64,000 nucleotides of DNA from contig CAVTWJ010000009.1 of assembly GCA_963738405.1 (NCBI GenBank), positions 64,001 to 128,000 on the forward strand, in the 5' to 3' direction. Origin of the DNA: a candidate division FCPU426 bacterium. Its GTDB lineage: Bacteria; Oederibacteriota; Muellerivitia; Muellerivitales; Muellerivitaceae. Numbering within the stretch: position 1 is the stretch's first letter; each line of letters starts with the position of its first letter. Made by a program: the position numbers and the translations under genes. Under the pieces are notes generated by a model. That model did not search any database and had not been told where the DNA came from. It saw only the letters and a program-made list of their open reading frames with translations. Shown here one piece after another: positions 28,304-38,400 of the stretch.

Positions 28304-29860
28304 TTGACGGTTCTTACCCCCCTTCGAAAAAGCCTCTGGGCTTTTTCCCCTTGTGAGTTTCTGATCTCCGCTCTCTTCGGCATTTTTTACCTATTGGCCT
28401 TGTCGGCTTTCTTCGCCGAGCGGCCGGGAGCTGCTCCCGCCCTTTTGGAAGCCTCTTGTAATATCCTGATTTGGACCGCCTGGATGGCGCTGGTGGCCTT
28501 CCGACGGCCTCCCCCCTTTGGGGGATGGGGATTGGTGCGGGGTCTCGGCCCCTGGCTGGGCTTGGTTTTATGCTACAGCCTCATGAAGCCCCTGGTTCCC
28601 GTCTTGCATCCAAAACTTTTTGACGCGGACTTGAAAAGCCTCGACCTGGGCTCCATGGGGAAGGGACCCTCCCTTTGGGAAAGGGGTCTTTTGGGCCACC
28701 CGCATCTCACCGATCTGTTAAGTCTTTGCTACTTGGGCCTTTTCGCCTGGCTGGTCGGCCTGATCCTCTACCACAGCTGGTTCCGGCGGGCCCTTTACCA
28801 GCGGTTCATGCTGGGGTTGATATTGGTCTATATGGGCGGCTTTCTCGGATACCTTCTCTATCCCGCCATCGGCCCCCGGTTTGCCTATCCCCAGGAATGG
28901 ACCTGGCTTCAGGGGGGATGGATTTTCCAAACCGCCGGGGGCCTGATTTCCCGGCTGGGGGCGAGGTTCGACGTGTTTCCCAGCCTGCATGGGGCCCTTT
29001 CCGGTTACCTGGCGGCGTGGCAGTTTCGGCACGACCGAAAGTCACTGGTTTGGGGCATCCCCTTGGGGCTTTCCATCTGGCTTTCGACCCTTTTCCTGGG
29101 GTTCCATTATTTTCCCGATCTGGTGAGCGGGGGGCTTTTAGCCTTAGTCAGCGCTTGGGCCGCGCCGAGATTTGAAAAAATGGCCAGGGCTTACCGCCAT
29201 TCCTTCCATCCGCCCCTGGTGTGGTTGTTGGATTTGACCGAGGGCATGGAAAAGCCCTCCGGCCGGCTGGCCGAGCGCTTGAGCGAGATGCTGGCCCTGG
29301 GCGTGGATACGGTTCCCGGGTTTCTTTGCGGGGAGGAATCGCCCTCCCGGGCGGAGGAACCCCTCAGGCGGGCGTTGAAGGACCTGGGAGGGGGGCCCTT
29401 TTGGCTGAGACCCTCCAGGGGGCCGGTTTCCCAACCGAGGGCCTTGAAGGCTTTATCCCTGGAACAGGTGGCGCGGACCCTCTTGGACAGGGGGTCCGAA
29501 AAGGAGCGGTGGATCGTCCAAAAGGCAATCAAGGTCCATGCGCTCGGCGTCTGCCGCGGTCTTCCCCCGAAGGGATCGGCTTTAAGCGAGGTTCAATTGC
29601 GGGTCACCCTTTTGGCGGGTGGAAAAACATCCGCCTTAAGGCTGTCATCCAGGCCGCTTTTGTTCAGAGGCTGGTTTGAAAACCCGATGGGCTATTTCCC
29701 CCCCTCGTTTCCATTGAGGGGGTACCAGCTTTTTGAGCTTGTCGGGGTCGCCCGCCAATTGGCGGCCCGATGGGGCCGGGGGGCGGAAATAGAGTGGGCC
29801 CTAGCGGAGGGAAAGATGTTTATTTTGGATGCGAGACAACACCGGGAGGCACGGCCTTGA
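28304..29860 (+). CDS. PAP2-superfamily membrane enzyme (IPC-synthase-like) fused to a degenerate PEP-synthase N-terminal-like domain
   Basis: YPAIGPR, FPSLH, FHYFPDL motifs; C-terminus EIEWALAEGKMFILDAR. Confidence 0.7.
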   Translation: MTVLTPLRKSLWAFSPCEFLISALFGIFYLLALSAFFAERPGAAPALLEASCNILIWTAWMALVAFRRPPPFGGWGLVRGLGPWLGLVLCYSLMKPLVPVLHPKLFDADLKSLDLGSMGKGPSLWERGLLGHPHLTDLLSLCYLGLFAWLVGLILYHSWFRRALYQRFMLGLILVYMGGFLGYLLYPAIGPRFAYPQEWTWLQGGWIFQTAGGLISRLGARFDVFPSLHGALSGYLAAWQFRHDRKSLVWGIPLGLSIWLSTLFLGFHYFPDLVSGGLLALVSAWAAPRFEKMARAYRHSFHPPLVWLLDLTEGMEKPSGRLAERLSEMLALGVDTVPGFLCGEESPSRAEEPLRRALKDLGGGPFWLRPSRGPVSQPRALKALSLEQVARTLLDRGSEKERWIVQKAIKVHALGVCRGLPPKGSALSEVQLRVTLLAGGKTSALRLSSRPLLFRGWFENPMGYFPPSFPLRGYQLFELVGVARQLAARWGRGAEIEWALAEGKMFILDARQHREARP

Positions 29861-30528
29861 AAAAAAGCCTGTGGCTTTTAAGCCTCGCGGCGATTTTAGT
29901 GATATGGGCTGGCTGTGTCCCCATCAGCCAGAATGTTCCCGTTTACGCGCCCGGCCAGGTTGAGTACCGGGGAAGAAGCCCTCTGGATGTCTGCCAGCCG
30001 CACTCCCTGCCGCATCGTTTGATTGCGGCGACTGCCAGTATGCCTTCTTCCATGCTGGTCGTAGGCGGCGCCGAGATGAACGACCAGGCTGATTTCGATT
30101 ATTGGTGGAGCCAGGTGAATGCCCAACTGGACCCCAGTGTGCCCGTCAACAGCAAGGGCGAACCCTTGATCGATTGGGCCAACCAAACGGCTTATTTCGC
30201 GGTGATGCCGGTCAATAACACCTGCCAAACCGTTTCTCCCTACCAGGATGGGATGAATACCGACTGCTATACCATTTCTGTTTTAAATTACATCGAAACC
30301 GCGGCTCCCCCCTGCAACCCCGGGCCTCTGAGCCAGATTCCCGTGTTCATTTATATTTTTCCGAGGACCAACCTTCCCCTTTCCTTCAAATGGATCACCC
30401 CCACTCCCCAACCGAGCCCTACCTACACCCCGACCGCCACCGTGACCGCCACACCTACCGTTACCCCCACTCCGGCACCCAGCCCTATCCGCAAACACAG
30501 GAGGCGGCATGTTCAACAGCCGGTTTAA
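29857..30528 (+). CDS. Hypothetical lipoprotein
   Basis: TTG start overlapping upstream TGA, RBS GGGAGG, WAGC lipobox, Thr/Pro tail. Confidence 0.7.
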   Translation: MKKSLWLLSLAAILVIWAGCVPISQNVPVYAPGQVEYRGRSPLDVCQPHSLPHRLIAATASMPSSMLVVGGAEMNDQADFDYWWSQVNAQLDPSVPVNSKGEPLIDWANQTAYFAVMPVNNTCQTVSPYQDGMNTDCYTISVLNYIETAAPPCNPGPLSQIPVFIYIFPRTNLPLSFKWITPTPQPSPTYTPTATVTATPTVTPTPAPSPIRKHRRRHVQQPV

Positions 30529-30970
30529 CAGGTTTGCGGCCCTTCTCCTGGGACTTTTCTGGGTGATGGGAGCGGAAAGGGCCAGGGCCGCCAATGAGCT
30601 GGTGACGGTCCCCTTGGTCTTGGGCGACTATTACGCCTGGGCCTATACCGAGGCATTTGAGGACGGGGCCAATGTTTACGGCTTTACCACGGCGGGAGTG
30701 GACGCTCTTGGGTGGGGCTGGCTGGCTTTTTCACCCGATTACACGGGGCTGTTTTTTGTGAACGCGGCGGGCATCTCCAAAACCGTTTATCCCGCGGTGG
30801 TTCTGCTGGCCTCCTCCGACCCGCAAATCCGTAACCGGGCCTGGATCGCCTTGGGCACCCACGCCTGCACCCTCTTGACCCTTGAATTCCTGGGCCGTCC
30901 CGAGCTGGGGGTGCAGGCCATGGGCCCCCGGGGAGATGGAACGGGCGTGACCCTGGCTTTTCGGTTTTAG
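30509..30970 (+). CDS. Hypothetical exported/membrane protein
   Basis: RBS AGGAGG, signal peptide ARA, ends LAFRF. Confidence 0.6.
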   Translation: MFNSRFNRFAALLLGLFWVMGAERARAANELVTVPLVLGDYYAWAYTEAFEDGANVYGFTTAGVDALGWGWLAFSPDYTGLFFVNAAGISKTVYPAVVLLASSDPQIRNRAWIALGTHACTLLTLEFLGRPELGVQAMGPRGDGTGVTLAFRF

Positions 30971-31076
30971 GATCGGATTCGTCCCGAATCCTTTTTAAAA
31001 TGATTCTTGATGCGCTATATTGCGGCCTGAATTTCATAGGTTCTTTCATCTCAATCCATTCGTCGGGGGTCATGCT

Positions 31077-31676
31077 ATGAAGGTGGTTTGTTTCGATCTA
31101 GAAGGGGTGCTTGTTCCTGAGTTTTGGGAAGAGTTCTCGAAAATGACGAAAATCCCCGAACTGATGAAAACGACCCGGGAAGAGCCGGATTACGATTTAC
31201 TGATGAAAATGCGGATCGCCGTTTTGAAACAGCACCATCTCGGCATGAAAGAAGTGCACCAGATCGTCTCCCAAATGAGCGCTCTCCCGGGCGCGAGGGA
31301 GTTTTTGGATTGGCTCCGAACCCGGGCGCAGGTGGCCATCCTGACCGGCAGTTACTACGACTATATCGGCCCGCTCCTGGAAAAGATCGGAAACCCCTTC
31401 ACCTACGCCAACTCCTTGCTCATCGATGAACAGGGGATGATGGCGGGCTATCAGTTGCGGGAGCCGGATGGAAAAATTGAGGTGATCCGGCGTTTCAAGG
31501 AAGGCGGCTTCGGAACCATCGCGGTGGGGGACTCGTTTAATGACGTTCGGATGCTTAAGGGCGCCGATGTGGGGATTCTCTTCAGGGCCTGTGACGCGCT
31601 CAAAGAGCAGGAAAAACAGCTGCTCCGCGCGGAAACCTATGACGAATTAAAAGGCATCCTGGAAAAATTAGTTTAG
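31077..31676 (+). CDS. thrH: Phosphoserine phosphatase/homoserine phosphotransferase (HAD family)
   Basis: DLEGVLVPEFW, TTREEPDYDLLM, GDSFND. Confidence 0.9.
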   Translation: MKVVCFDLEGVLVPEFWEEFSKMTKIPELMKTTREEPDYDLLMKMRIAVLKQHHLGMKEVHQIVSQMSALPGAREFLDWLRTRAQVAILTGSYYDYIGPLLEKIGNPFTYANSLLIDEQGMMAGYQLREPDGKIEVIRRFKEGGFGTIAVGDSFNDVRMLKGADVGILFRACDALKEQEKQLLRAETYDELKGILEKLV

Positions 31677-31733
31677 AAAAATCAAAGCAGCAAACATATC
31701 GATAGATTGAATTCACGGCGAGGGTGGAAGGTA

Positions 31734-32705
31734 TTATTCGATGTTGTAGTTGAAGACTAGGCTTATTCCCTGAAAATTCTGCTCGGCTTGGTTGGCGTTA
31801 AAGAGAAACTTGGCCAACTTGGGCGAGTAGAAAAGCCCAGCCGGTTGGTATTCCCGTCCGGCTTGAATGTCCAATTCCGCCTCGTAATTTTTCAAAAAGG
31901 TCACGTCGATCCCTAGGGTCAGGGACGGCATCTGATCCGTCTCATTATTGAGCGGATGGACGTTTGCGTGGGTGACATTTTGCCATTGGTAGGTCGTGTC
32001 CCACTCATCCTCAGCCGTGAGAGAGAGGGATAGATCATCGGCGGGTTCTACCGAGACCTGGAGCTCGCCGCTGTAGCTGTACTCGTCAATCTCGTCGATT
32101 TTATCCGTGCTTTGGTTGGGCGGGGGCCCCTGGTGGCTGGAAAGCCCCCCTCCGCCGATGAGGCCGATGGTGATCTCGTCCCAAGGTTTCAAGTTCATCG
32201 TCAGGGTAGAGCCGTATTCGTTCAAGGCGGCGGCGCCCTGCTGGGTCGTCAATTCCAACGCGGGATTAAAAAATCCCAACCCCAGCCCTCCCTCCAAACT
32301 AATTTCCCCGAAATTGGTGTTGGAGCCTTCCACTATTTCCTGGCCCCCGGTCAGCCCCATGGAAAGGTAGTGGCCGCTTTCGGTGAGGTTATAGGTGCCG
32401 TTCAGGCACAATTGTTTTTCTATCTGTCCCTGGCCCGCAGAACTGGGCTGGTTGGAATAGGTAAAACCGACCTGACCGGTCCAATGGGGAGCGAAAGGTT
32501 TGTCTTCCTCATCGGTATCGGGCGAGACGGTTTCAGGGGAAATGGCGCTCCCACCCTCCGTGACGGCTTCGGAAGGAGTTGTGGAAGGGGTCGGCTGGGT
32601 GGCCGTTGTTTCGGCAGCGGAAGTGGGGGCCGGGGTTGTCTGGGCTCCAAGGGATGAAATACACAAAAAGAGACAGATGAAGGCGCCGCAAAAGATTCTC
32701 TTCAT
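31734..32705 (-). CDS. Putative outer-membrane beta-barrel protein (paralog A)
   Basis: Signal peptide, Thr/acidic linker, alternating beta strands, ends FNYNIE. Confidence 0.6.
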   Translation of the reverse strand: MKRIFCGAFICLFLCISSLGAQTTPAPTSAAETTATQPTPSTTPSEAVTEGGSAISPETVSPDTDEEDKPFAPHWTGQVGFTYSNQPSSAGQGQIEKQLCLNGTYNLTESGHYLSMGLTGGQEIVEGSNTNFGEISLEGGLGLGFFNPALELTTQQGAAALNEYGSTLTMNLKPWDEITIGLIGGGGLSSHQGPPPNQSTDKIDEIDEYSYSGELQVSVEPADDLSLSLTAEDEWDTTYQWQNVTHANVHPLNNETDQMPSLTLGIDVTFLKNYEAELDIQAGREYQPAGLFYSPKLAKFLFNANQAEQNFQGISLVFNYNIE

Positions 32706-32753
32706 TGGCTTCCCCGTAAATGTGATGCGCCCAACGAATCAAACCCGATTAAA

Positions 32754-33677
32754 TTACTCGAAACTATAAGTGAGGGAAACAGTTCCGGCGGCGAAATTTT
32801 GGGTTGTGGGGCTGCTGAAATTGACGATTCCGCCCGCCAGGGGGCTATAGACCGACCCCGCCGGGGAATATTCCCGCCCGCCTTCTCCTGAGACCCCTAG
32901 GACCCAGCCCTTGGTCAGGGTGAAATCCAGTCCCAGGGTGAGGGAAGCGATTTGGTCGCTTTGATTGAGAGGGTATTTTAGTGAGTGGTTAATGCTTCTT
33001 ATTTGATAAGTAATGTCGTATTCGTTCTCGGCGGTAAGAGAAATGGAAAGCCAATCCCAAGCTTCGTAAGTTAATTCCAAACTGGAATTCCAACTTGCGG
33101 TATCAATTTCCCAAAGTTTATCCGAGGTGAAGGAGGATGAAATTTGGGAAAGATCCCCCTGGTGATTTCCCGCCGAACCTCCCAAGGAAAGACTTATCGA
33201 AAAGGGGTCCCAGAGCTGAAAAGGGAGGCTCAAGGTTCCGGAAAAAAGTTTCAAGGCGTTTTCGCCGCCCTGGAATTGGACCAAGAGGGAGGGGGAAAAA
33301 GAGCCAAGGCCTAAGGTTCCCTGGCCGCCCAGGATGCCGGTATTGGAGTCGCCCCCCTCGATTTTCTGACGGGAATATTCCAGAAAGGCGCCAAGGGAAT
33401 CGCCCCCCTCGTCGAACTCATAGGTGCCGGTAAAGGAAAGGGTGGTGGTGTTTTGCCCGGCTTGCTGGTTGGAATGGCTGAAGCTGAATTCCTTGGACCA
33501 ATGGGGCTTGAAGGGTTTGTCGCTGTCGTCCTCCCCTGAATTCGAGGAGAGTGCGGACACGGCTTTATCCTGTGAATCGGCGGGGGAAGTGGAGGGGTTA
33601 GAGGTTTGCGCTCCCAGAGAGGTTGTCCAAGCCAACGCGGAGAAAATACCAGCCCAGACATAGATTGATTTTTTCAT
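32754..33677 (-). CDS. Putative outer-membrane beta-barrel protein (paralog B)
   Basis: Signal peptide, shares DKPFxPHW, LGLGxFxP, LTAE, LTLGxDxT, GREY motifs with paralog A; ends LTYSFE. Confidence 0.6.
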   Translation of the reverse strand: MKKSIYVWAGIFSALAWTTSLGAQTSNPSTSPADSQDKAVSALSSNSGEDDSDKPFKPHWSKEFSFSHSNQQAGQNTTTLSFTGTYEFDEGGDSLGAFLEYSRQKIEGGDSNTGILGGQGTLGLGSFSPSLLVQFQGGENALKLFSGTLSLPFQLWDPFSISLSLGGSAGNHQGDLSQISSSFTSDKLWEIDTASWNSSLELTYEAWDWLSISLTAENEYDITYQIRSINHSLKYPLNQSDQIASLTLGLDFTLTKGWVLGVSGEGGREYSPAGSVYSPLAGGIVNFSSPTTQNFAAGTVSLTYSFE

Positions 33678-33791
33678 AGGGGTCTCCGGAAGTCTTTATT
33701 CGAAAAGACCTACATCAGGTTCATCCTTCTATTGGACGGTCCGGCGGTCCAAAAGTTGGAACCCGTTTATTTTATCCAATAAGACGTGGTT

Positions 33792-34511
33792 TCAGGCAGG
33801 GGGATGCAGCGGGGATGGGGTGGATTCGGCCACGTGAATTCCGCACTCGATCTTGTTTTTTCCGGCCCAGCGGCCCGCGCGGGGGTCCTCCCCGGCCAAA
33901 ACGGGCCGGGTACAGCATTCGGGGGAACAGCCGATGGAAAGATATCCTTTTTCCCAAAGGGGATGGTAGGGAAGGCCGTGTTCCTTCGCGTATTCCCAAA
34001 GTTTCTTGCTGTTCCAGTCCAATAGGGGGCAGATCTTGACCATGGTTTCCCGGTCCCTCTGGACATAGGGAAGGGCGTTGCGGGTTTGGGCCTGGTTGCG
34101 GCGCACACCGGTGATCCAGGCCTCATAATCTTTCAAGCCCTTCTCGAAGGGCGCGATCTTGTTCACGTCACAGCAGGCGTCAGGGTCGCGCTCGTAAAGT
34201 TTGCCGTTCTTGGCGAGGAATTCTTCGGTTGGGATTTCTGGTTTTAATTCCCGCAGGTTCAAGTGGAGCATCGAAACCAACCGGTCCCGGTGCTCGAGGG
34301 TTTCCTTGAAATGAAAACCCGTGTTGGTGAACAAGACGGGGATATCGGGCTTCACGCGGGTTACCAGGTGGAGTAAAACGGCGCTCTCGGCTCCGAAGGA
34401 AGTGGCCATGGCCAGCTTGCCGTCAAACTCATCCACGGCCCATCGGATCAGGACCAGCGGGTCGCCGGATTGGAACTTTAAATTGAGAGCGTCAAAGTCG
34501 TAGTTTTTCAA
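33792..34511 (-). CDS. cysH: APS/PAPS reductase, iron-sulfur (APS) type
   Basis: SFGAES, TGFHFKET, CC pair, WITGVRR, SIGCSPECC, ECGIH. Confidence 0.92.
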   Translation of the reverse strand: MKNYDFDALNLKFQSGDPLVLIRWAVDEFDGKLAMATSFGAESAVLLHLVTRVKPDIPVLFTNTGFHFKETLEHRDRLVSMLHLNLRELKPEIPTEEFLAKNGKLYERDPDACCDVNKIAPFEKGLKDYEAWITGVRRNQAQTRNALPYVQRDRETMVKICPLLDWNSKKLWEYAKEHGLPYHPLWEKGYLSIGCSPECCTRPVLAGEDPRAGRWAGKNKIECGIHVAESTPSPLHPPA

Positions 34512-34584
34512 TGAAGTCCCCTGAACTTAAAGCCTTGATTCATCTTAGGTTTAGGCTGTAAGAAAGACAATAAGAGGAAAGGGA

Positions 34585-35472
34585 TCAATCCTCCCAGCCG
34601 GGTTCCAGGGAGGCTTTCATCCGGCCTACAAGGGCCTCCAATTCTTTTCTCATCTCCTCTTGGGGCAGGTGTTTCCTTTCCCCATGACCCGGCAAGACCC
34701 ATTCGAAATCAAAACGAAGAAGTTTTTCCATGGACTCGGTTTGTTTTCTCCACGAATACCAGGCCACGCTGGAGGAAGCGCCTAATTGTTTTCGCTTGCG
34801 GCGCCACCAGAGGTGGTCCCCGGTGAAAAGATACTTGTCCTGATAGAGCAAAACGCAATGGCCTTCCGTGTGCCCGGGAGTGGGAATGATTTTAAAACCG
34901 GGAACCGGTTCAAAAAAACCGGCGCCCTTCAGGAGCATTTCCGCGCCCGGCTGGGCGTCCGAATCCTCCTCGTGAATAATACGTTGGGCTCCGAATTCCT
35001 TGGCGTACCTTTCAGCTTCCGCCACGTCGTCCCGGTGTGTGAGAAAGATAAAGCGAAGGCCGCCAAGTTCCCGGAATTTATTTACCAGATGGGGAAGAAA
35101 TTTGGGGGAATCCACCAGCCAATTTCCTTCCGGGTGCTGGATGAAATAGCTGTTGCCTCCGAAAGACTTGGGGGAATTGAACCCGCAGTAAAAAACGCCC
35201 TCCACAATAGGAATGGGGAAGTCCGACAGAATTTTTGAAGACTCGTTGGGGCCTTTGGTTCCAATGGAGCCGGTAGGGCAGGCCAGGAGGGCCTGGGTGG
35301 CGGAGCGGATTTCCGCCTCCGTTTGGGGCTGGACCCGGACAAAAGAGGTATTACCCGCGTCTTCAAATGTCGCGGGCGCCAATTGACGGCAGGTGTCGCA
35401 GTCGATGCAGGTGGAATCGACGAAGAATTCACCTTCAACATTGTTAGAAACCCTTTTTTTCCAGTCGGCCAT
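34585..35472 (-). CDS. Metallo-beta-lactamase-fold hydrolase with N-terminal ferredoxin
   Basis: CIDCDTC...CP ferredoxin; THRDD, TPGHT, FTGDH, LPGHG; start ATG 35472. Confidence 0.88.
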   Translation of the reverse strand: MADWKKRVSNNVEGEFFVDSTCIDCDTCRQLAPATFEDAGNTSFVRVQPQTEAEIRSATQALLACPTGSIGTKGPNESSKILSDFPIPIVEGVFYCGFNSPKSFGGNSYFIQHPEGNWLVDSPKFLPHLVNKFRELGGLRFIFLTHRDDVAEAERYAKEFGAQRIIHEEDSDAQPGAEMLLKGAGFFEPVPGFKIIPTPGHTEGHCVLLYQDKYLFTGDHLWWRRKRKQLGASSSVAWYSWRKQTESMEKLLRFDFEWVLPGHGERKHLPQEEMRKELEALVGRMKASLEPGWED

Positions 35473-35604
35473 ATGTCCAAGATGGGATGGCAACCCTGAC
35501 AAAGTAAAGGGCTTGTTATGTTTTTTCCTCCCTGATTGAAAACCACCCCATTCGACGGTTAAGGTATTGCCCATTCACAACATCCTTCACCCCACGAGGT
35601 CCCC

Positions 35605-37140
35605 ATGGCCGGCGACAGCAACCTGGAAAACCCACTTCGCGAAGGACTCTTCTCCGACCGGGTGCCCCTGCCCTGCACCCTGGTGATCTTCGGCGCCTCC
35701 GGGGACCTGACCCAGCGCAAACTGGTTCCGGCCCTCTTTGATCTCTACCGCCGCCACCAGCTTCCCGCGGCCTTTAGCCTGATCGGCATTTCCCGCTCCA
35801 AGTTGACCGATCCGGAATTCCGCCAGCGGTTGAAGGATTTCTTGAAGGAAGAGGACCCGGGTTTGTCGGATGCTTTGTATGACAGCTTTTCGCAGAATTT
35901 TCATTATTTAGCCGGAGGCTATGACGATCCAGCGGCCTTTACGGCCCTGGCCGAAATGATTGGTCAGTTGGACGCCAAGAACGGCACCCAGGGCAACCGA
36001 ATCTTTTATCTTTCCACCCCGCCTAACGTATTCAAGGCCATCATCACCAACCTAAACGGCGCTGGTTTGAACAAAGAAGAAAAGGGCTACTCCCGAATTG
36101 TCATCGAGAAACCCTTTGGCCGGGACCTGGCCACCGCCCAGGAACTGAACCGGCAAGTGAAGGAAGCCTTCCAGGAACACCAGATCTACCGTATCGACCA
36201 TTACCTGGGCAAGGAAACGGTGCAGAACCTATTGGTGATGCGCTTCGCCAATTCTATCTTCGAGCCCATTTGGGACCGCCGATACGTGGACCACGTGCAG
36301 ATCACCGCCTGCGAGGACCTGGGCGTAGGAAGCCGGGCGGGTTATTACGAATCTTCCGGCGTGATGAGGGACATGTTCCAAAACCACCTTCTGCAGGTGC
36401 TTTGCCTGGTGGCCATGGAGCCGCCCGCGGCCTTTGAGGCCAACGCCATCCGCGACGAGAAATTGAAAATTTTGCGCTCTATCCGTCCTATTCCGGAAAC
36501 CGAGATGGACCAATGGGCCGTGCGGGGCCAGTATGGGCCGGGGTTTTTGGGCGGGGAAAAGGTTCCGGGCTACCGGGAAGAAGAGGGGGTGAAGCCTTCC
36601 ACCACGACTCCCACCTTCGCGGCGGTAAGGTTGTTTCTCGATACCTGGCGCTGGCATGGGGTTCCCTTCTTTCTCCGTTCGGGTAAAAGACTTCCCAAGC
36701 GGGCCACCGAAGTGGCAATCCAGTTCAAAGAGCCTCCCAACCTTCTTTTCAAAGGCAACATGGGGGAATTATCCCCCAACGTTCTGGTGGTGCGCATCCA
36801 GCCGGATGAGGGAATCACCTTGAAATTCGAGACCAAAGTGCCGGGCATGACCATGGAAGTGCGCACCGTGAATATGGACTTCCGCTATAACACCAGCTTC
36901 GCGGAAGGCACATCCGAAGCCTACGAAAGGCTTCTGCTGGACTGCATGCTGGGAGACGCGACCCTCTTTATCCGGGGTGACGAGGCGGAAGCGGCCTGGA
37001 GCGCGGTCATGCCCATCCTCAACGCTTGGGAAACCACACTTCCGAAGGAATACTTTCCCAATTATGAGGCGGGCACCTGGGGCCCGGCCTCCGCCGACGC
37101 GCTGTTGGAAAAACCCTGGCGGGAATGGCGGCACCTGTGA
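35605..37140 (+). CDS. zwf: Glucose-6-phosphate 1-dehydrogenase
   Basis: GASGDL, IEKPFG, RIDHYLGKE, RDMFQNHL. Confidence 0.97.
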   Translation: MAGDSNLENPLREGLFSDRVPLPCTLVIFGASGDLTQRKLVPALFDLYRRHQLPAAFSLIGISRSKLTDPEFRQRLKDFLKEEDPGLSDALYDSFSQNFHYLAGGYDDPAAFTALAEMIGQLDAKNGTQGNRIFYLSTPPNVFKAIITNLNGAGLNKEEKGYSRIVIEKPFGRDLATAQELNRQVKEAFQEHQIYRIDHYLGKETVQNLLVMRFANSIFEPIWDRRYVDHVQITACEDLGVGSRAGYYESSGVMRDMFQNHLLQVLCLVAMEPPAAFEANAIRDEKLKILRSIRPIPETEMDQWAVRGQYGPGFLGGEKVPGYREEEGVKPSTTTPTFAAVRLFLDTWRWHGVPFFLRSGKRLPKRATEVAIQFKEPPNLLFKGNMGELSPNVLVVRIQPDEGITLKFETKVPGMTMEVRTVNMDFRYNTSFAEGTSEAYERLLLDCMLGDATLFIRGDEAEAAWSAVMPILNAWETTLPKEYFPNYEAGTWGPASADALLEKPWREWRHL

Positions 37141-38243
37141 GCCCCCTCACCGCTCAGCAGGTCGAAAAAGACCTTGGGGAATTGTGGAAGACTCTTCCGG
37201 GGGACGAAACCAAAGACCTGGGTCTTCAAAGGGTCTATACCACTAACCTGGTGGCTTATGCGGAGGACCCGGCCGAGGGTTTTCGCGTGGAGCGCACCCT
37301 TCATCACCTGGCAGAGATCCATCCGGGCCGTTACATTCTGGTGCAGCCTGGGGAAAAAGAGGAAGAAGTACCCCTTCCCCCGGTCCGACATTTTGTCTCG
37401 GGGCATTGTTTCCTATTCCAAGGACGCGATAAGAGAGTTTGCTGCGAGCTGGTGCAGTTGGTGGCCGATCCGGCCAAGATGGACCATCTTTATGGCCTGG
37501 CCTTCTCGCTCCTCCTGCCGGACTTGCCCGTGGAATTTTGGTGGCCGGGGGATCTAGCCCCACGACATCCTTTCTTCAGCCAAATGGCCGGGGAAACGAG
37601 CCGGGTTTGGGTGGATTCTTCCCGGTTCAAGGGCGTCCTGAACCCCCTGGTGTCCCTGGCCGATTCCTGGAAGGGGCTCTATCCCCGTGTTCAATTGGGA
37701 GACTTGAATTGGGTGAGACTTCACCGCTGGCGCGCCTTGATCGCCGAGTTTTTTGACGGCCAATGGGCTCCCTATCTTTCACAAATAAGGGAAGTGACGA
37801 TCAAATACGGGGATCAGTCCCACCCGGTACGCCCTTTCTACCTTGCCTGCTGGCTGGGGGCCCTCTTGGGCTGGCGTCCCGGAAATACCCGCTATAAGAC
37901 TATTCCCGAACGCTTTCATTTCACGGGGCGCCGGGGCGATATCGCGGTGAAATTGGAGCCCGTGCCGCTTCAAGATGAGCTGAAAGACCGAATCTATTCG
38001 GTCGAAATCAACACCGCCAACGGAAACCCGGGCCGGTTCACCATCGACCGGGGCCAGGACCCCTTCACCGTCACCGCCCGTTCTCAAGTGGAAGGCCGCA
38101 CGACCTTTTCTCGCACCGTCACCTTCGAACATTTACATACTTATGAATTGCTGTCCGAGGGCATCCGGCACCTGGAAACCGACACGGCTTTTGAAAAGAC
38201 CATGAAAATGGCAGCTTTGATGCTGGAAAAAGCCAAATTGTAA
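37137..38243 (+). CDS. opcA: Glucose-6-phosphate dehydrogenase assembly protein OpcA
   Basis: HPGRYI, LLLPDLPVEFWWPG, DLNWVRL..WR; GTGA overlap with zwf stop. Confidence 0.88.
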   Translation: MSPLTAQQVEKDLGELWKTLPGDETKDLGLQRVYTTNLVAYAEDPAEGFRVERTLHHLAEIHPGRYILVQPGEKEEEVPLPPVRHFVSGHCFLFQGRDKRVCCELVQLVADPAKMDHLYGLAFSLLLPDLPVEFWWPGDLAPRHPFFSQMAGETSRVWVDSSRFKGVLNPLVSLADSWKGLYPRVQLGDLNWVRLHRWRALIAEFFDGQWAPYLSQIREVTIKYGDQSHPVRPFYLACWLGALLGWRPGNTRYKTIPERFHFTGRRGDIAVKLEPVPLQDELKDRIYSVEINTANGNPGRFTIDRGQDPFTVTARSQVEGRTTFSRTVTFEHLHTYELLSEGIRHLETDTAFEKTMKMAALMLEKAKL

Positions 38244-38400
38244 GAAAAGAATTTCGGCGACAAGGTCTTCCCTGGTTGGAAAGGCTCTCCCCCGATTGCT
38301 ACAATTAAAAGGCAAGGGGGTTGCCTCCCCCTTTTCCCCTTTCCTTCCGGGCCTATGGATTCGGGACGCTGATCCAGGCCTTCCTGCACCGGGAGAATCC

